From a virus (taxonomy: Duplodnaviria > Heunggongvirae > Uroviricota > Caudoviricetes): a stretch of 28,241 bases of DNA. A program made the position numbers and the translations under genes. Below the pieces are notes generated by a model. It was not told the origin of the DNA, did not search any database, and was given only the letters and a program-made list of their open reading frames with translations. The DNA lies in the IMG/VR virus record IMGVR_UViG_2541047953_000002. One strand, 5' to 3'. This document shows, one piece after another, positions 1-11,110 of the stretch. Position 1 is the stretch's first letter. Each line of letters opens with the position of its first letter.

Positions 1-1284
1 TTACAGACTTCTGGAAGGTTGCGCAGCTCTTACAACACGCGGTTGATCTTCCGCGGCGTCTTCCAGCGCACTTAAATCACGGTCTTTCACTTCTGGCATT
101 TTCAGCGCAGAGATTAAACCAATCACTGAATATGCCATGATCATAATGGCGATCGGATACCAGGATTCCGTCATGGTGCAGAAAATACCCGCCAGGATAG
201 GACCAAAACCGGAAGCGATAAGACCACCAATTTCTTTAGAAATAGCCATCCGGGTAAAGCGGTTTTTACAGCCGAACATTTCTGCCATGGTAATATTTTC
301 CAGAGCAAATAATCCCAGCACCGCACAGTTATGAATCACAATCAGTGCAACCATAATGGTGCTCGGGGCATAGCTTTTATCTACGATGATAGAAAGCATT
401 GGCCATGCCAGCACAATCGCGGAGGTATTCATAATAATATACGGGATCCGGCGACCAATTTTATCGGATAACCAACCAAGGAACGGAATGGTCATAAAGC
501 CGAGAATCGAACTGATCATCAATGCATCTGTTGGAATTGCTTTGTTAAACAATAACGTCTGCACTAAATAGCCCGCAAGGAAAGTCTGAATTAAACCTGA
601 GTTACCCGCCTGACCAAAACGCAGCCCTGTTGCCAGCCAGAAGGATTTGCTCTGGAACATGCTACCAGCAGGTGCAGGTTTTGCTGTCGGTTGGTTGCTG
701 TCGTTAACCTTCTCAAAAACCGGGCTTTCTTTCAGATTCATACGCAACCAGATAGCAAAGACCATCACGACAACGCTCGCCAGGAACGGTATACGCCATC
801 CCCACGCCAGCAGTTCCTCTTTACTGAGAATGAAGAACATAAAGGCCCAGATTGCCGTTGCGCTTAAAGTTCCGCAGTTAGTTCCCATAGCCACAAATGA
901 GGAGATAATTCCGCGCTTACCTTTTGGCGCATATTCCGCCAGCATCGTACCGGCACCGGAAATTTCCGCACCTGCACCCAATCCCTGAATAATACGCAGC
1001 GTCACCAGCAAGATGGGGGCAAAAACACCAATCTGTGCATAGGTCGGTAACACACCAATTAAGGTGGTACAGATCCCCATCATGGTGATGGTAATAAAGA
1101 GCACTTTTTTACGCCCTATTCTGTCGCCCATTTTGCCGAAAATAAATGCTCCGACAATACGCGCCACATAACCTGCACCGTAGGTTCCCATTGCCAGAAT
1201 TAACGCCATTGCCGTTGATGATTCAGGAAAAAATATTTCATGAAACACTAACGCTGCGCCGAGCGAATATAACTGGAAATCCAT
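1..1284 (-). CDS. ydfJ: MFS metabolite:H+ symporter, 3' portion only (427 codons); N-terminal ~35 residues including first half of TM1 are missing at the prophage junction
   Basis: ORF track 1..1284 (-). Contains the MFS loop motif GDRIGRK and about 11 predicted TM segments. The start sits two codons after an in-frame TGA and the protein begins mid-TM1 by comparison with ShiA-type transporters recalled from memory. Confidence 0.8.
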   Translation of the reverse strand: MDFQLYSLGAALVFHEIFFPESSTAMALILAMGTYGAGYVARIVGAFIFGKMGDRIGRKKVLFITITMMGICTTLIGVLPTYAQIGVFAPILLVTLRIIQGLGAGAEISGAGTMLAEYAPKGKRGIISSFVAMGTNCGTLSATAIWAFMFFILSKEELLAWGWRIPFLASVVVMVFAIWLRMNLKESPVFEKVNDSNQPTAKPAPAGSMFQSKSFWLATGLRFGQAGNSGLIQTFLAGYLVQTLLFNKAIPTDALMISSILGFMTIPFLGWLSDKIGRRIPYIIMNTSAIVLAWPMLSIIVDKSYAPSTIMVALIVIHNCAVLGLFALENITMAEMFGCKNRFTRMAISKEIGGLIASGFGPILAGIFCTMTESWYPIAIMIMAYSVIGLISALKMPEVKDRDLSALEDAAEDQPRVVRAAQPSRSL

Positions 1285-1527
1285 AATTCACAGGTGTTTT
1301 TTCCCATCCTGTGGTTTCCTTGGCGTTTTCTAGGTTTTTTCAGATAGTTGCATTTTTTAAAAAGCATCCTAAGTTCGATCTCAGTGTCTATCTGGGGCCT
1401 ATTTCTGTCCCATATATGCCCCAAAAAAACTCCCCAACAGATAAGTAGTTTTTTCATGGATTTATGCGTAAAATCAAGAACGGCTGGAAATCATTCAATA
1501 CTCACACTATCGAAAAATTTACCAGCC

Positions 1528-1568
1528 AACCGCAGCACGTTCTTGCATAAGGCGTGTCTGCGGTTTTT
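1528..1568 (+). terminator. Imperfect ~12-bp hairpin followed by TTTTT; orphan intrinsic-terminator-like structure
   Basis: aaccgcagcacg ... cgtgtctgcggtt then ttttt, seen directly in sequence; no annotated plus-strand gene lies upstream. Confidence 0.3.
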
Positions 1569-1886
1569 CAACTATTCAGATACATCACTCCCATCACATT
1601 CATTCCTCCGCATCAAAGGCATATAGGCTATATCACCTTGATATTTTTCTTTTTCAGATAAAAACTGTTATCTATGTATACTTTTAAACCCAATCCGTGT
1701 AGAGTCTCTGCATAAGATAGTTTGCAGTTGCCGCTTCAGCTTGCGCCATAACCGCCTGATTTTTGCTGCCACCTGTTAGCATTCCTGTATACCTGAAACG
1801 ACAATGTTTATCTACGAACTTTAAGAACACCCAAGATAAAAATTGTCAACTATATCATATATAACACATTACTAATTCGAGGCTAT

Positions 1887-2000
1887 ATGAACAGCATACT
1901 GATAATCACTTCTCTCCTTATCATATTCAGCATTTTTAGTCATGCCCTAATAAAATTAGGGATTGGCATATCCAATAACCCAGACAAAACCGATGTATAA
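1887..2000 (+). CDS. Hypothetical 37-aa hydrophobic peptide ([37 protein letters not shown])
   Basis: ATG preceded by GAGG at 6-nt spacing; one predicted TM helix; below the ORF-track size cutoff, found by manual translation. Confidence 0.25.
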
Positions 2001-2068
2001 GTCAACATATCCTGAATCAGACATACAATATCGCAATGAAAATCAATAATATTTTAAGGAATATCTTC

Positions 2069-2302
2069 ATGAAATCAAAAGACACCCTAAAGTGGTTCCC
2101 TGCGCAGCTTCCTGAAGTAAGAATTATCCTAGGGGATGCTGTAGTGGAAGTAGCAAAACAGGGAAGACCTATCAATACCAGAACATTGCTTGATTACATT
2201 GAAGGAAACATAAAGAAAAAATCATGGCTGGATAACAAAGAATTATTACAAACAGCGATATCAGTTCTTAAAGACAACCAAAATTTAAATGGTAAAATGT
2301 AA
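2069..2302 (+). CDS. ydfK: YdfK/YnaE-family prophage protein (77 aa)
   Basis: ORF track 2036..2302; internal ATG at 2069 has an AAGGAA Shine-Dalgarno at ~8 nt and gives the K-12 length from memory. Confidence 0.75.
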   Translation: MKSKDTLKWFPAQLPEVRIILGDAVVEVAKQGRPINTRTLLDYIEGNIKKKSWLDNKELLQTAISVLKDNQNLNGKM

Positions 2303-2618
2303 TATAATAAACTTACTTTTTTATCATTTTTCCACTTTAACAACATTTTGCTCCACTTTTCCACGACCAAACAACTTAAAATCTGGTTAAAATAACACGA
2401 AACACTATTCTTCTTCCTTGAGTCCGCCCGGAACTCGAAAAACAAACCGAGTTAAAGCCATTTTTCACAAAATCGATTTTGGGTCTCACCAAAATTACGG
2501 GGTTGCATACGCATTCGTTTATTTTCGAACGTGTACATACAAATATGCACAAAAATAATCAAAATTATTTTCTGCGATGCATTATGATATGAACACCAAT
2601 TTCGTATAGAGTCTCACT

Positions 2619-3209
2619 ATGTCTCGAATTTTTGCTTACTGTCGGATATCAACGCTGGATCAGACCACCGAAAATCAACGCCGGGAAATCGAAAGTGCAG
2701 GTTTTAAAATCAAACCTCAGCAAATAATCGAAGAACACATTAGCGGCTCAGCAGCAACCAGTGAGCGTCCTAGTTTTAACCGGTTGCTTGCTCGCCTGAA
2801 ATGTGGTGATCAATTGATTGTGACAAAACTGGATCGCCTTGGTTGTAATGCAATGGATATCAGGAAAACAGTGGAACAACTGACCGAAACAGGTATCAGA
2901 GTGCATTGCTTAGCATTGGGGGGCATTGACTTGACCAGTCCAACAGGAAAAATGATGATGCAAGTAATTTCAGCAGTTGCTGAATTTGAACGAGACCTTT
3001 TACTTGAACGCACTCATTCCGGGATAGTAAGAGCCCGCGGCGCAGGGAAACGTTTTGGTCGACCACCTGTGTTAAATGAAGAACAGAAACAGGTGGTATT
3101 CGAACGAATTAAGTCAGGTGTAAGTATAAGTGCCATTGCCCGGGAATTCAAAACCTCGCGGCAAACCATTTTAAGAGCCAAAGCAAAACTTCAGACACCT
3201 GACATATAA
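2619..3209 (+). CDS. pinQ: Serine recombinase, DNA invertase of the Pin/Gin/Hin family (196 aa)
   Basis: N-terminal resolvase catalytic motif (YCRISTLDQ) and C-terminal HTH; ORF track. Confidence 0.9.
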   Translation: MSRIFAYCRISTLDQTTENQRREIESAGFKIKPQQIIEEHISGSAATSERPSFNRLLARLKCGDQLIVTKLDRLGCNAMDIRKTVEQLTETGIRVHCLALGGIDLTSPTGKMMMQVISAVAEFERDLLLERTHSGIVRARGAGKRFGRPPVLNEEQKQVVFERIKSGVSISAIAREFKTSRQTILRAKAKLQTPDI

Positions 3210-3306
3210 AAAATAATCTCGGTGTGAGATGCTTTACGTCTTCCAAGCCCCCTTCCTTGCCGTAAATGGAAAGATACATCTAATTAAAGAATTTATATGT
3301 TTTACC

Positions 3307-3464
3307 CTACGGCAGTGCTGGCCATTCAATATCCTGTGCAGTTGACGTATCAACACGGTTCAGCAATACCCGATACTTTTTCCATGCTTCCAGCAACGAG
3401 ATTTCTTCCTCCGTTGCAATTTCCAGATCTGCAGCATCCTGAAGCGGCGCAATATGCTCACTGG
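3307..3464 (-). pseudogene. C-terminal remnant (~52 codons, no start) of a tail fibre assembly protein Tfa
   Basis: Manual translation gives ...[29 protein letters not shown], matching the Tfa C-terminus as recalled; the frame differs from the adjacent terminase gene and has no start codon. Confidence 0.6.
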
Positions 3465-4889
3465 CTACACAATGGTCGGGTCAATCCCGCCAGTATCCCA
3501 GCAGATACGGGATATCGACATTTCTGCACCATTCCGGCGGGTATAGGTTTTATTGATGGCCTCATCCACACGCAGCAGCGTCTGTTCATCGTCGTGGCGG
3601 CCCATAATAATCTGCCGATCAATCAGCCAGCTTTCCTCACCCGGCCCCCATCCCCATACGCGCATTTCGTAGCGGTCCAGTTGGGAGTCGATACCGGCGG
3701 TCAGGTAAGCCACACGGTCAGGAACGGGCGCTGAATAATGCTCTTTCCGCTCTGCCATCACTTCAGCATCCGGACGTTCACCGATTTTCGCTTCCCACGT
3801 CTCACCGAGCGTGGTGTTCACGAAGGTTTTACGTTTTCCCGTATCCCCTTTCGTCTTCATCCAGTCTTTGACAATCTGCACCCAGGTGGTGAACGGACTG
3901 TACGCCGTCCAGATGTGAAAGGTCACACTGTCAGGCGGTTCAATCTCTTCACCGGATGACGAAAACCAGAGAATGCCATCACGGGTCCAGATCCCGGTCT
4001 TTTCGCAGATATAACGGGCATCAGTAAAGTCCAGCTCCTGCTGACGGATGACGCAGGCGTTATGCTCACAGAGATAAAACACGCTGGAGGGGTCATCCGG
4101 CATCCATTTGAGGCCAAACGGCGTCTCTTTGTCGCCAAATTTAAGGTACTGCTCCTCCCCGCAGTGCGGGCAGGCAACATGAAAACGCATAAAATGCGGG
4201 GATTCACTGGCTGCACGCTCAATCTGGCAGGTGCCTCTCACTTTGGGCGTGGAGCCACGGATGGACTTTGGCCAGACCGAGCCTTCAATACGTTTGTCGC
4301 CAAGGAACGTCGGAGAGCCTTCCTGTTCAATATCCTCATCAAAGGCAGCAAGTTCATCATAACCCGCCACATCCACCGACTTTTCACGGTAGTTTTTTGC
4401 CGCTTTACCGCCCAGGCACCAGAAGCCACGACCATTGGTGAAACGCTTCATAGTGAGCGTGTTATCCCGGTGCTTTTTGCCATACCACGGAGCCAGCGCC
4501 AGCAGCGACGGAATATCGCGGATGGTCGGCTCAACGTGGGTTTTCATAAAGTTCTCGGCATCACCATCCGTCGGCAACCAGATAAGTGTGTTGCGCTGCT
4601 TATGCTCTATAAAGTAGGCATAAACACCCAGCAGCATTTTGGAATAACCGACACGGGCAGACTTCACCACATTCACCTCACGGATGTAGTCGCTGCCCAT
4701 CGCATTCATGATGGCCCGCTGAAAGGGCAGTGTTTCCCAGCGCCCTTCCTGGTATGCGGATTCTTTCGGGAGATAGTAATTAGCATCCGCCCATTCAACG
4801 GCGGTCTGTGGCTCCGGCCTGAACAGTGAGCGAAGCCCGGCGCGGACAAAATGCCGCAGCCTGTTAACCTGACTGTTCGATATATTCAC
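3465..4889 (-). CDS. Terminase large subunit, lambda gpA homologue, C-terminally truncated (474 of ~641 aa) at a deletion junction
   Basis: Protein matches lambda gpA from [14 protein letters not shown] through ...GGIDPTIV as recalled, then stops; lambda continues YERSKK. Confidence 0.9.
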
Positions 4890-5409
4890 TCAGCAACCCC
4901 GGTATCAGTTCATCCAGCGCGGCTGCTTTGTTCATGGCTTTGATGATATCCCGTTTCAGGAAATCAACATGTCGGTTTTCCAGTTCCGGAAAACGCCGCT
5001 GCACCGACAGGGGGATCCCGTCGAGAATACTGGCAATTTCACCTGCGATCCGCGACAGCACGAAAGTACAGAATGCGGTTTCCACCACTTCAGCTGAGTC
5101 TCTGGCATTCTTCAGTTCCTGTGCGTCGGCCTGCGCACGCGTAAGTCGATGGCGTTCGTACTCAATAGTCCCTGGCTGGAGATCTGTCTCGCTGGCCCGC
5201 CGCAGTTCTTCAACTTCCCGGCGCAGCTTTTCGTTCTCAATTTCAGCATCCCTTTCGGCATACCATCTTATAACGGCGGCAGAGTCATAAAGCACCTCAT
5301 TACCCTTGCCACCGCCTCGCAGAACGGGCATTCCCTGTTCCTGCCAGTTCTGAATGGTACGGATACTCGCACCGAAAATGTCAGCCAGCTGCTTTTTGTT
5401 GACTTCCAT
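4864..5409 (-). CDS. nohA: Terminase small subunit, lambda Nu1 homologue (181 aa)
   Basis: Near-identical to lambda Nu1 as recalled (MEVNKKQLADIFGASIRTIQNWQEQGMPVL...); overlaps the gpA start as in lambda. Confidence 0.9.
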   Translation of the reverse strand: MEVNKKQLADIFGASIRTIQNWQEQGMPVLRGGGKGNEVLYDSAAVIRWYAERDAEIENEKLRREVEELRRASETDLQPGTIEYERHRLTRAQADAQELKNARDSAEVVETAFCTFVLSRIAGEIASILDGIPLSVQRRFPELENRHVDFLKRDIIKAMNKAAALDELIPGLLSEYIEQSG

Positions 5410-5479
5410 TGTTCATTCCACGGCCAAAAACAGAGAAAGGAAACGACAGAGGCCCAAAAGTTCGTTTTCAGCACCTGTC

Positions 5480-5650
5480 GTTTCCTTTCTTTTTAGGGGG
5501 TATTTTAAATAAAAACATTAAGTTACGACGAAGAAGAACGGAAACGCCTTAAACCGGAAAATTTTCATAAATAGCGAAAACCCGCGAGGTCGCCGCCCCG
5601 TAACCTGTCGGATCACCGGAAAGGACCCGTAAAGTGATAATGATTATCAT
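5480..5650. other. cos site (cosQ-cosN-cosB) of lambda type
   Basis: Minus strand reads ...CGACAGGTTACG GGGCGGCGACCT CGCGGGTTTTCGCTATTTATG..., matching the lambda right end, cohesive end and left end as recalled. Confidence 0.8.
5587..5598 (-). other. cosN 12-nt cohesive-end sequence GGGCGGCGACCT
   Basis: Exact match to the lambda cosN 12-mer (established); seen directly. Confidence 0.85.
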
Positions 5651-5797
5651 CTACATATCACAACGTGCGTGGAGGCCATCAAACCACGTCAAATAATCAA
5701 TTATGACGCAGGTATCGTATTAATTGATCTGCATCAACTTAACGTAAAAACAACTTCAGACAATACAAATCAGCGACACTGAATACGGGGCAACCTC

Positions 5798-6031
5798 ATG
5801 TCAACGAAGAACAGAACCCGCAGAACAACAACCCGCAACATCCGCTTTCCTAACCAAATGATTGAACAAATTAACATCGCTCTTGAGCAAAAAGGGTCCG
5901 GGAATTTCTCAGCCTGGGTCATTGAAGCCTGCCGCCGGAGACTGTGCTCAGAAAAAAGAGTTTCTTCTGAAGCAAACAAAGAAAAGAGTGACATTACTGA
6001 ATTGCTCAGAAAACAGGTCAGACCAGATTGA
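5798..6031 (+). CDS. ynfO: Ribbon-helix-helix-like small prophage protein (77 aa)
   Basis: ORF track; RHH-like pattern (RNIRFPNQMIEQINIALEQ...FSAWVIEACRRRL); position and length match Qin ynfO from memory. Confidence 0.6.
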   Translation: MSTKNRTRRTTTRNIRFPNQMIEQINIALEQKGSGNFSAWVIEACRRRLCSEKRVSSEANKEKSDITELLRKQVRPD

Positions 6032-6088
6032 AGCAATTTAGATAATCGTGCAGACTACGCCCCCTCATATCACATGGAAGGTTTATCT

Positions 6089-6499
6089 ATGGATCAGGTA
6101 GTCATTTTTAAACAAATATTTGATAAAGTTCGAAACGATTTAAACTATCAATGGTTTTATTCTGAGCTAAAACGTCACAATGTCTCACATTACATTTACT
6201 ATTTAGCCACAGAGAATGTTCATATTGTATTAAAAAATGATAATACAGTGTTATTAAAGGGCCTAAAAAACATTGTGTCTGTCAAATTTTCAAAGGATAG
6301 GCATCTTATAGAAACGACCTCTAATAAGCTGAAATCCAGAGAGATCACATTTCAGGAATACAGAAGAAACCTTGCTAAAGCAGGAGTTTTTCGGTGGGTT
6401 ACAAATATCCACGAACAAAAAAGATATTACTATACCTTTGATAATTCATTACTATTTACTGAAAGCATCCAGAAAACTACACAGATCTTACCACGCTAA
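6089..6499 (+). CDS. ydfO: DUF1398-family prophage protein (136 aa)
   Basis: ORF track 6074..6499; ATG at 6089 has GGAAGG at ~8 nt and gives the K-12 length. Confidence 0.75.
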
Positions 6500-6599
6500 A
6501 CCATAACGTCCGGCTTCTCTCACTCCTGAGTCGGACTGCATTGGTTTAATAAAAACCATCAACAATTGTGATTTAGATATTCGGAACCATTCAAATATA

Positions 6600-6632
6600 A
6601 CAAAACCCCGTAAAAACGAGGTTTATGGATAA
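6600..6632 (-). terminator. Intrinsic terminator downstream of gnsB, possibly bidirectional
   Basis: Minus strand hairpin aacctcg/cggggtt (one mismatch) followed by a T-rich run. Confidence 0.4.
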
Positions 6633-6650
6633 ATTTTATTATTGAATACA

Positions 6651-6824
6651 TCAGATTAAATTAATCTTGACATCATAGCTTTCAAGACCCGTCATTTTTT
6701 CCCGTGCGGTAAACTGAATACTGGTAACTTCTTTCCCGGTCTTTTTCTTAAGTTCAATAATTTTTTTTGTTATATATTCAGAAATATCTGCTTCTGCTTT
6801 TGTTTTTAAGTTTTCAATATTCAT
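6651..6824 (-). CDS. gnsB: Gns-family small protein (57 aa; secG/fabA suppressor family)
   Basis: Manual translation MNIENLKTKAEADISEYITKKIIELKKKTGKEVTSIQFTAREKMTGLESYDVKINLI; Gns family by similarity recalled from memory; below ORF-track cutoff. Confidence 0.7.
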   Translation of the reverse strand: MNIENLKTKAEADISEYITKKIIELKKKTGKEVTSIQFTAREKMTGLESYDVKINLI

Positions 6825-6995
6825 CATTTCCTCTTTTAGTCTGTTATGACTTTCCAGTTACACAGTAAGTCGATTATATGGTGCAAACGTGTAAAAGATA
6901 AGATGAAACATCGCAATAATCAACATACGATAGTCTAAATTTTACACAAACAGACAAAGAGAATTTTCCTGAATTATCAATGCAATAGCATCAAA

Positions 6996-7151
6996 TCAAC
7001 TCAAGAGCCTTATTGCTGCTTCCAGAATTTCTTCTGAAGTAACATGTCGATCCGCGGCTACATAAATGACTTTATGATCTCCGGTCAGAGATGGAAACCC
7101 TGCGGCCATTACAGTAAGGTGTGTTTTTTCGCCATTTGGATATTCACGCAT
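6996..7151 (-). CDS. ynfN: Small prophage protein (51-aa form; a 76-aa form could start at 7226)
   Basis: ORF track 6996..7268 starts at TTG; the 51-aa start matches the K-12 length from memory; a terminator at 7271-7290 argues against the longest form. Confidence 0.5.
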   Translation of the reverse strand: MREYPNGEKTHLTVMAAGFPSLTGDHKVIYVAADRHVTSEEILEAAIRLLS

Positions 7152-7270
7152 GATGGTGTTAACTCCAGTCATCGCTGGCACTACCACTGCTGGTTCAGAG
7201 TTAAAAAAAACTATGATTTTTTTCATGATGTTACCGTAGTATGTGAGTATCCATCGAATAGACACCAAGC

Positions 7271-7290
7271 AAAAAAGCTCCCGAAGGAGC
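7271..7290 (-). terminator. Intrinsic terminator (hairpin gctcc/ggagc plus T6) in the cspI 3' region
   Basis: Seen directly; T-tract immediately follows the stem on the minus strand. Confidence 0.45.
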
Positions 7291-7497
7291 CTTCATTTTC
7301 ACTTTTTTAAATCCAACGACAGACGGCTGGCATTTAAGTATTGTGAAATATTATCAAATGTAATCATCATTGATTTACAAAAGATACATTTTGCCCCGAA
7401 AGGATTCATGTCAGAAACATCAAAAGATGATGTTCTATACTGGGAACCATGACAACACGGGCATCTAAAGTGAATATGGTTTGTAATATTGTCTACC

Positions 7498-7710
7498 TCA
7501 AAGCGCCACTACATGAACAGCGGCAGGACCTTTAGGTCCGTTCTCAATACCAAATTCAACTTCCTGATTCTCAGTTAATGTTTTGAAATCGTTGCTCTGA
7601 ATTGCTGAGAAATGGACAAACACATCTTTGCTGCCATCTTTCGGCGTGATGAAACCAAAACCTTTTTCAGGGTTAAACCATTTCACTAAACCAGTCATTT
7701 TGTTAGACAT
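7498..7710 (-). CDS. cspI: Cold-shock protein CspA family (70 aa)
   Basis: Protein [38 protein letters not shown]... with RNP1/RNP2 motifs. Confidence 0.95.
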   Translation of the reverse strand: MSNKMTGLVKWFNPEKGFGFITPKDGSKDVFVHFSAIQSNDFKTLTENQEVEFGIENGPKGPAAVHVVAL

Positions 7711-8072
7711 AATTATTACCTTTTGAAGAAATTAGCCCTTGGGCAGAATGGTCCGAAAAAAAATATCAGAGAGAAAAACCAACAAGGAAATCTCAAGAGG
7801 TACAAATAATAAAATTATAACAATGACTGCTTCAGATAAATTTGTAACAAACCAGAACACCATTAACGCATGATTAACCACCCATAGCAAGGATTACTTT
7901 TGTAAAGAAAAACACAGCAATGAAAGAATAGCTTTATTTATTAATAAAACGTGTCATTCTGATTAAGACCTTTTATCTTACCCTTAAGATTTCAGGAATT
8001 TTGGCTCATGGAAGAGTCCTTTTTATTTAAATTTTACATTCCGCGATGTAAATGTTCCGATTTAATATTACC

Positions 8073-9096
<1,024 letters not shown>

Positions 9097-9100
<4 letters not shown>

Positions 9101-9408
9101 AGATATTTATGATGAGGACGCTCGTGCTTATTGGCAGGATTTTCAATCTTAAAGGAGTACTGATGCTGCAGATAAGACTCAACTTTTTCTGACAATTTTT
9201 CTGCTACTTCCAGGAAGACTTGCCGGACGCTCCTTCTGGCTGCTGCCTCATAAAACTCCAGCGCAGCTCCTTCAACACGGTCCATGGCGACATCCAGGTC
9301 AAAAATTTCACCGTCAAAGCGTTCTTTGTCCTGTAAGGCTACAGTTACCGTAACTTTATTCTCAAAATTACGGACTCCTTTCACAACCAGTTCATAGTCT
9401 TGAGTCAT
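9097..9408 (-). CDS. ydfR: DUF1327-family prophage protein (103 aa)
   Basis: ORF track; strong Shine-Dalgarno (AGGAG); ATGA overlap with the lysozyme start. Confidence 0.8.
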
Positions 9409-9412
9409 TGGA

Positions 9413-9628
9413 TTACTCTCCTCTCGCAGCCTTACGCCTGTCTTCTTTAATCTTGAAATAAAGATTTGTCAGATACGTCAGCAGGCCAAAAACCAGGCTA
9501 CCCAGCACACCGATTGCAGCCCACTGTGACGGAGTTACTTTATCGAGTAACTGCAATGCCCAGAAACCAGCATTACCCGCCGATGTGCCATAGGCAACAC
9601 CTGTTGTTAACTTATCCATTGATTTCAT
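9413..9628 (-). CDS. essQ: Class II-like holin with dual-start motif (71 aa; second start at 9619)
   Basis: N-terminus M-K-S-M resembles the holin/antiholin dual start; two TM segments; ORF track reports a longer frame 9413..9703. Confidence 0.85.
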   Translation of the reverse strand: MKSMDKLTTGVAYGTSAGNAGFWALQLLDKVTPSQWAAIGVLGSLVFGLLTYLTNLYFKIKEDRRKAARGE

Positions 9629-9847
9629 ATCCTCACCCCGATGTACACGGATGGTGCAATATGTTTGAAAAGATCGGAGTCTACGGGGTAGTTTTGACAG
9701 CACACGTTGTTCTCAACGGCGCTAAAAAAACATACACATTAAAAATGTGGGTAATTATTTTGAAAGAAAGTCATATATAAAATAATAATACGAGAAATGT
9801 TTTCATATTTAGTGTACTGTATACGGCCATTTATACAGGAAAAGCCT

Positions 9848-10018
9848 ATGTCAGAACGTAAAAACTCAAAATCACGCCGTAATTATCTCGTTAAATGTTC
9901 CTGCCCAAACTGCACCCAAGAGTCAGAACACAGTTTTTCAAGAGTACAAAAAGGTGCCCTTTTGATCTGCCCTCATTGCAACAAAGTATTCCAGACAAAT
10001 CTTAAAACTGTAGCCTGA
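9848..10018 (+). CDS. Small zinc-ribbon protein (56 aa; CxCxxC...CxxC)
   Basis: ORF track 9797..10018; internal ATG with AGGA at ~7 nt; four conserved-looking cysteines. Confidence 0.5.
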   Translation: MSERKNSKSRRNYLVKCSCPNCTQESEHSFSRVQKGALLICPHCNKVFQTNLKTVA

Positions 10019-10080
10019 TTGATTTTATTAGTAACAAGTATTTTTTATATTTTAATAATATATTTAAAGCAGATAATAAA

Positions 10081-10100
10081 AAACCCGCCTGAGCGGGTTT
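10081..10100. terminator. Bidirectional intrinsic terminator between the convergent zinc-ribbon gene and cspB
   Basis: Stem aaacccgc/gcgggttt with loop ctga; T-run on the minus strand, weaker T-run on plus. Confidence 0.6.
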
Positions 10101-10381
10101 GAGATTGTGGTGCTTTTTGTGGGAGTCATCCACTTACGCACTTTGTTTTGCCATGCCAGCAGTTAGCTTCTGCTGTAAAACTATTCATGCAGCAAACCTG
10201 CACTTCACCACAATGGTTAGCATACTTTTCCTGATTAAGATTTTGCCAAATATGCTAGCCATTGTTTCATGTATTGGACCTCCTTACTTTTTATTAAAGA
10301 GATCCAATATTCACTACTCTGTCCGTATCTCTACTCAGGCATCAGCCTTCTTCGTTATCGTATACAGACGAGCGATGAATT

Positions 10382-10597
10382 TTAATCAGTAATGATGACA
10401 TTTGCTGCTGCAGGACCTTTAGCACCACTCTCTATAGAGAAGGTAACCTTTTGACCTTCAAATAAGGTTCGATAATTATCATTCTGAATCGCAGAAAAAT
10501 GCACAAACACATCTTTACTACCATCAACAGGAGAAATAAAGCCGAAACCTTTATCAGCGTTAAACCATTTTACTAAACCAGTCATTTTATTTGACAT
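10382..10597 (-). CDS. cspB: Cold-shock protein CspA family (71 aa)
   Basis: Protein [38 protein letters not shown]... Confidence 0.95.
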   Translation of the reverse strand: MSNKMTGLVKWFNADKGFGFISPVDGSKDVFVHFSAIQNDNYRTLFEGQKVTFSIESGAKGPAAANVIITD

Positions 10598-10897
10598 TCT
10601 ACATTCCTTAACTTGAGCCTTTCGGCATAAATGGTTTGCATAACAGAAACGACTTCGTACTTAATTGGAGAGACTCAAAGAAGGAATAAGTGAATAACAC
10701 CTGAAATGAGAACTGCTTTAGTAAACTACTTCGTATATCGTCTGTTCTTCAAACCGACGCAATCATTAACGCATAGTTGAACATATGAAGCAATGTTTAT
10801 TTTAGACATCCAGCCATCTTCAACCCCATCAAAAAACTATAGCTTTCTTCAGGAACGTGTGTATAGTGCGCCAAGTTATCAGTATTAAGGAATTTTT

Positions 10898-11110
10898 TTG
10901 TCCCGTAAAATGACAGGAATTGTCAAAACCTTTGACGGCAAAAGCGGCAAGGGTCTTATCACCCCATCCGATGGTCGTATCGATGTCCAGCTTCATGTTT
11001 CAGCGCTCAATCTCCGCGATGCAGAAGAAATTACCACCGGATTACGCGTGGAATTTTGCCGGATAAATGGTCTGCGTGGCCCTTCAGCTGCCAATGTTTA
11101 CCTTTCATGA
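10898..11110 (+). CDS. cspF: Cold-shock-like protein (70 aa; start codon here is TTG)
   Basis: Protein [41 protein letters not shown]...; divergent from cspB. Confidence 0.85.

Noticed and set aside
137-988. Three plus-strand ORFs (65, 61 and 113 aa) from the ORF track
   Set aside because: All lie antisense inside the ydfJ coding sequence, with no ribosome-binding site and no recognisable motifs.
2303-3306. Gin/Hin-type recombination crossover site next to pinQ
   Set aside because: No AAACC-NN-GGTTT core with flanking half-sites was found; only unrelated palindromes.
3297-4829. Plus-strand ORFs 3297..3734, 3738..3959, 4062..4829 and 4435..4617
   Set aside because: Antisense to the lambda-type terminase gene, which explains this DNA fully.
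4928-5496. Plus-strand ORFs antisense to Nu1 and across the cos region
   Set aside because: They overlap the well-supported nohA gene and the cos site.
10099-10392. 97-aa plus-strand ORF downstream of the terminator
   Set aside because: It has no ribosome-binding site and protein-unlike composition, and starts inside the terminator region.
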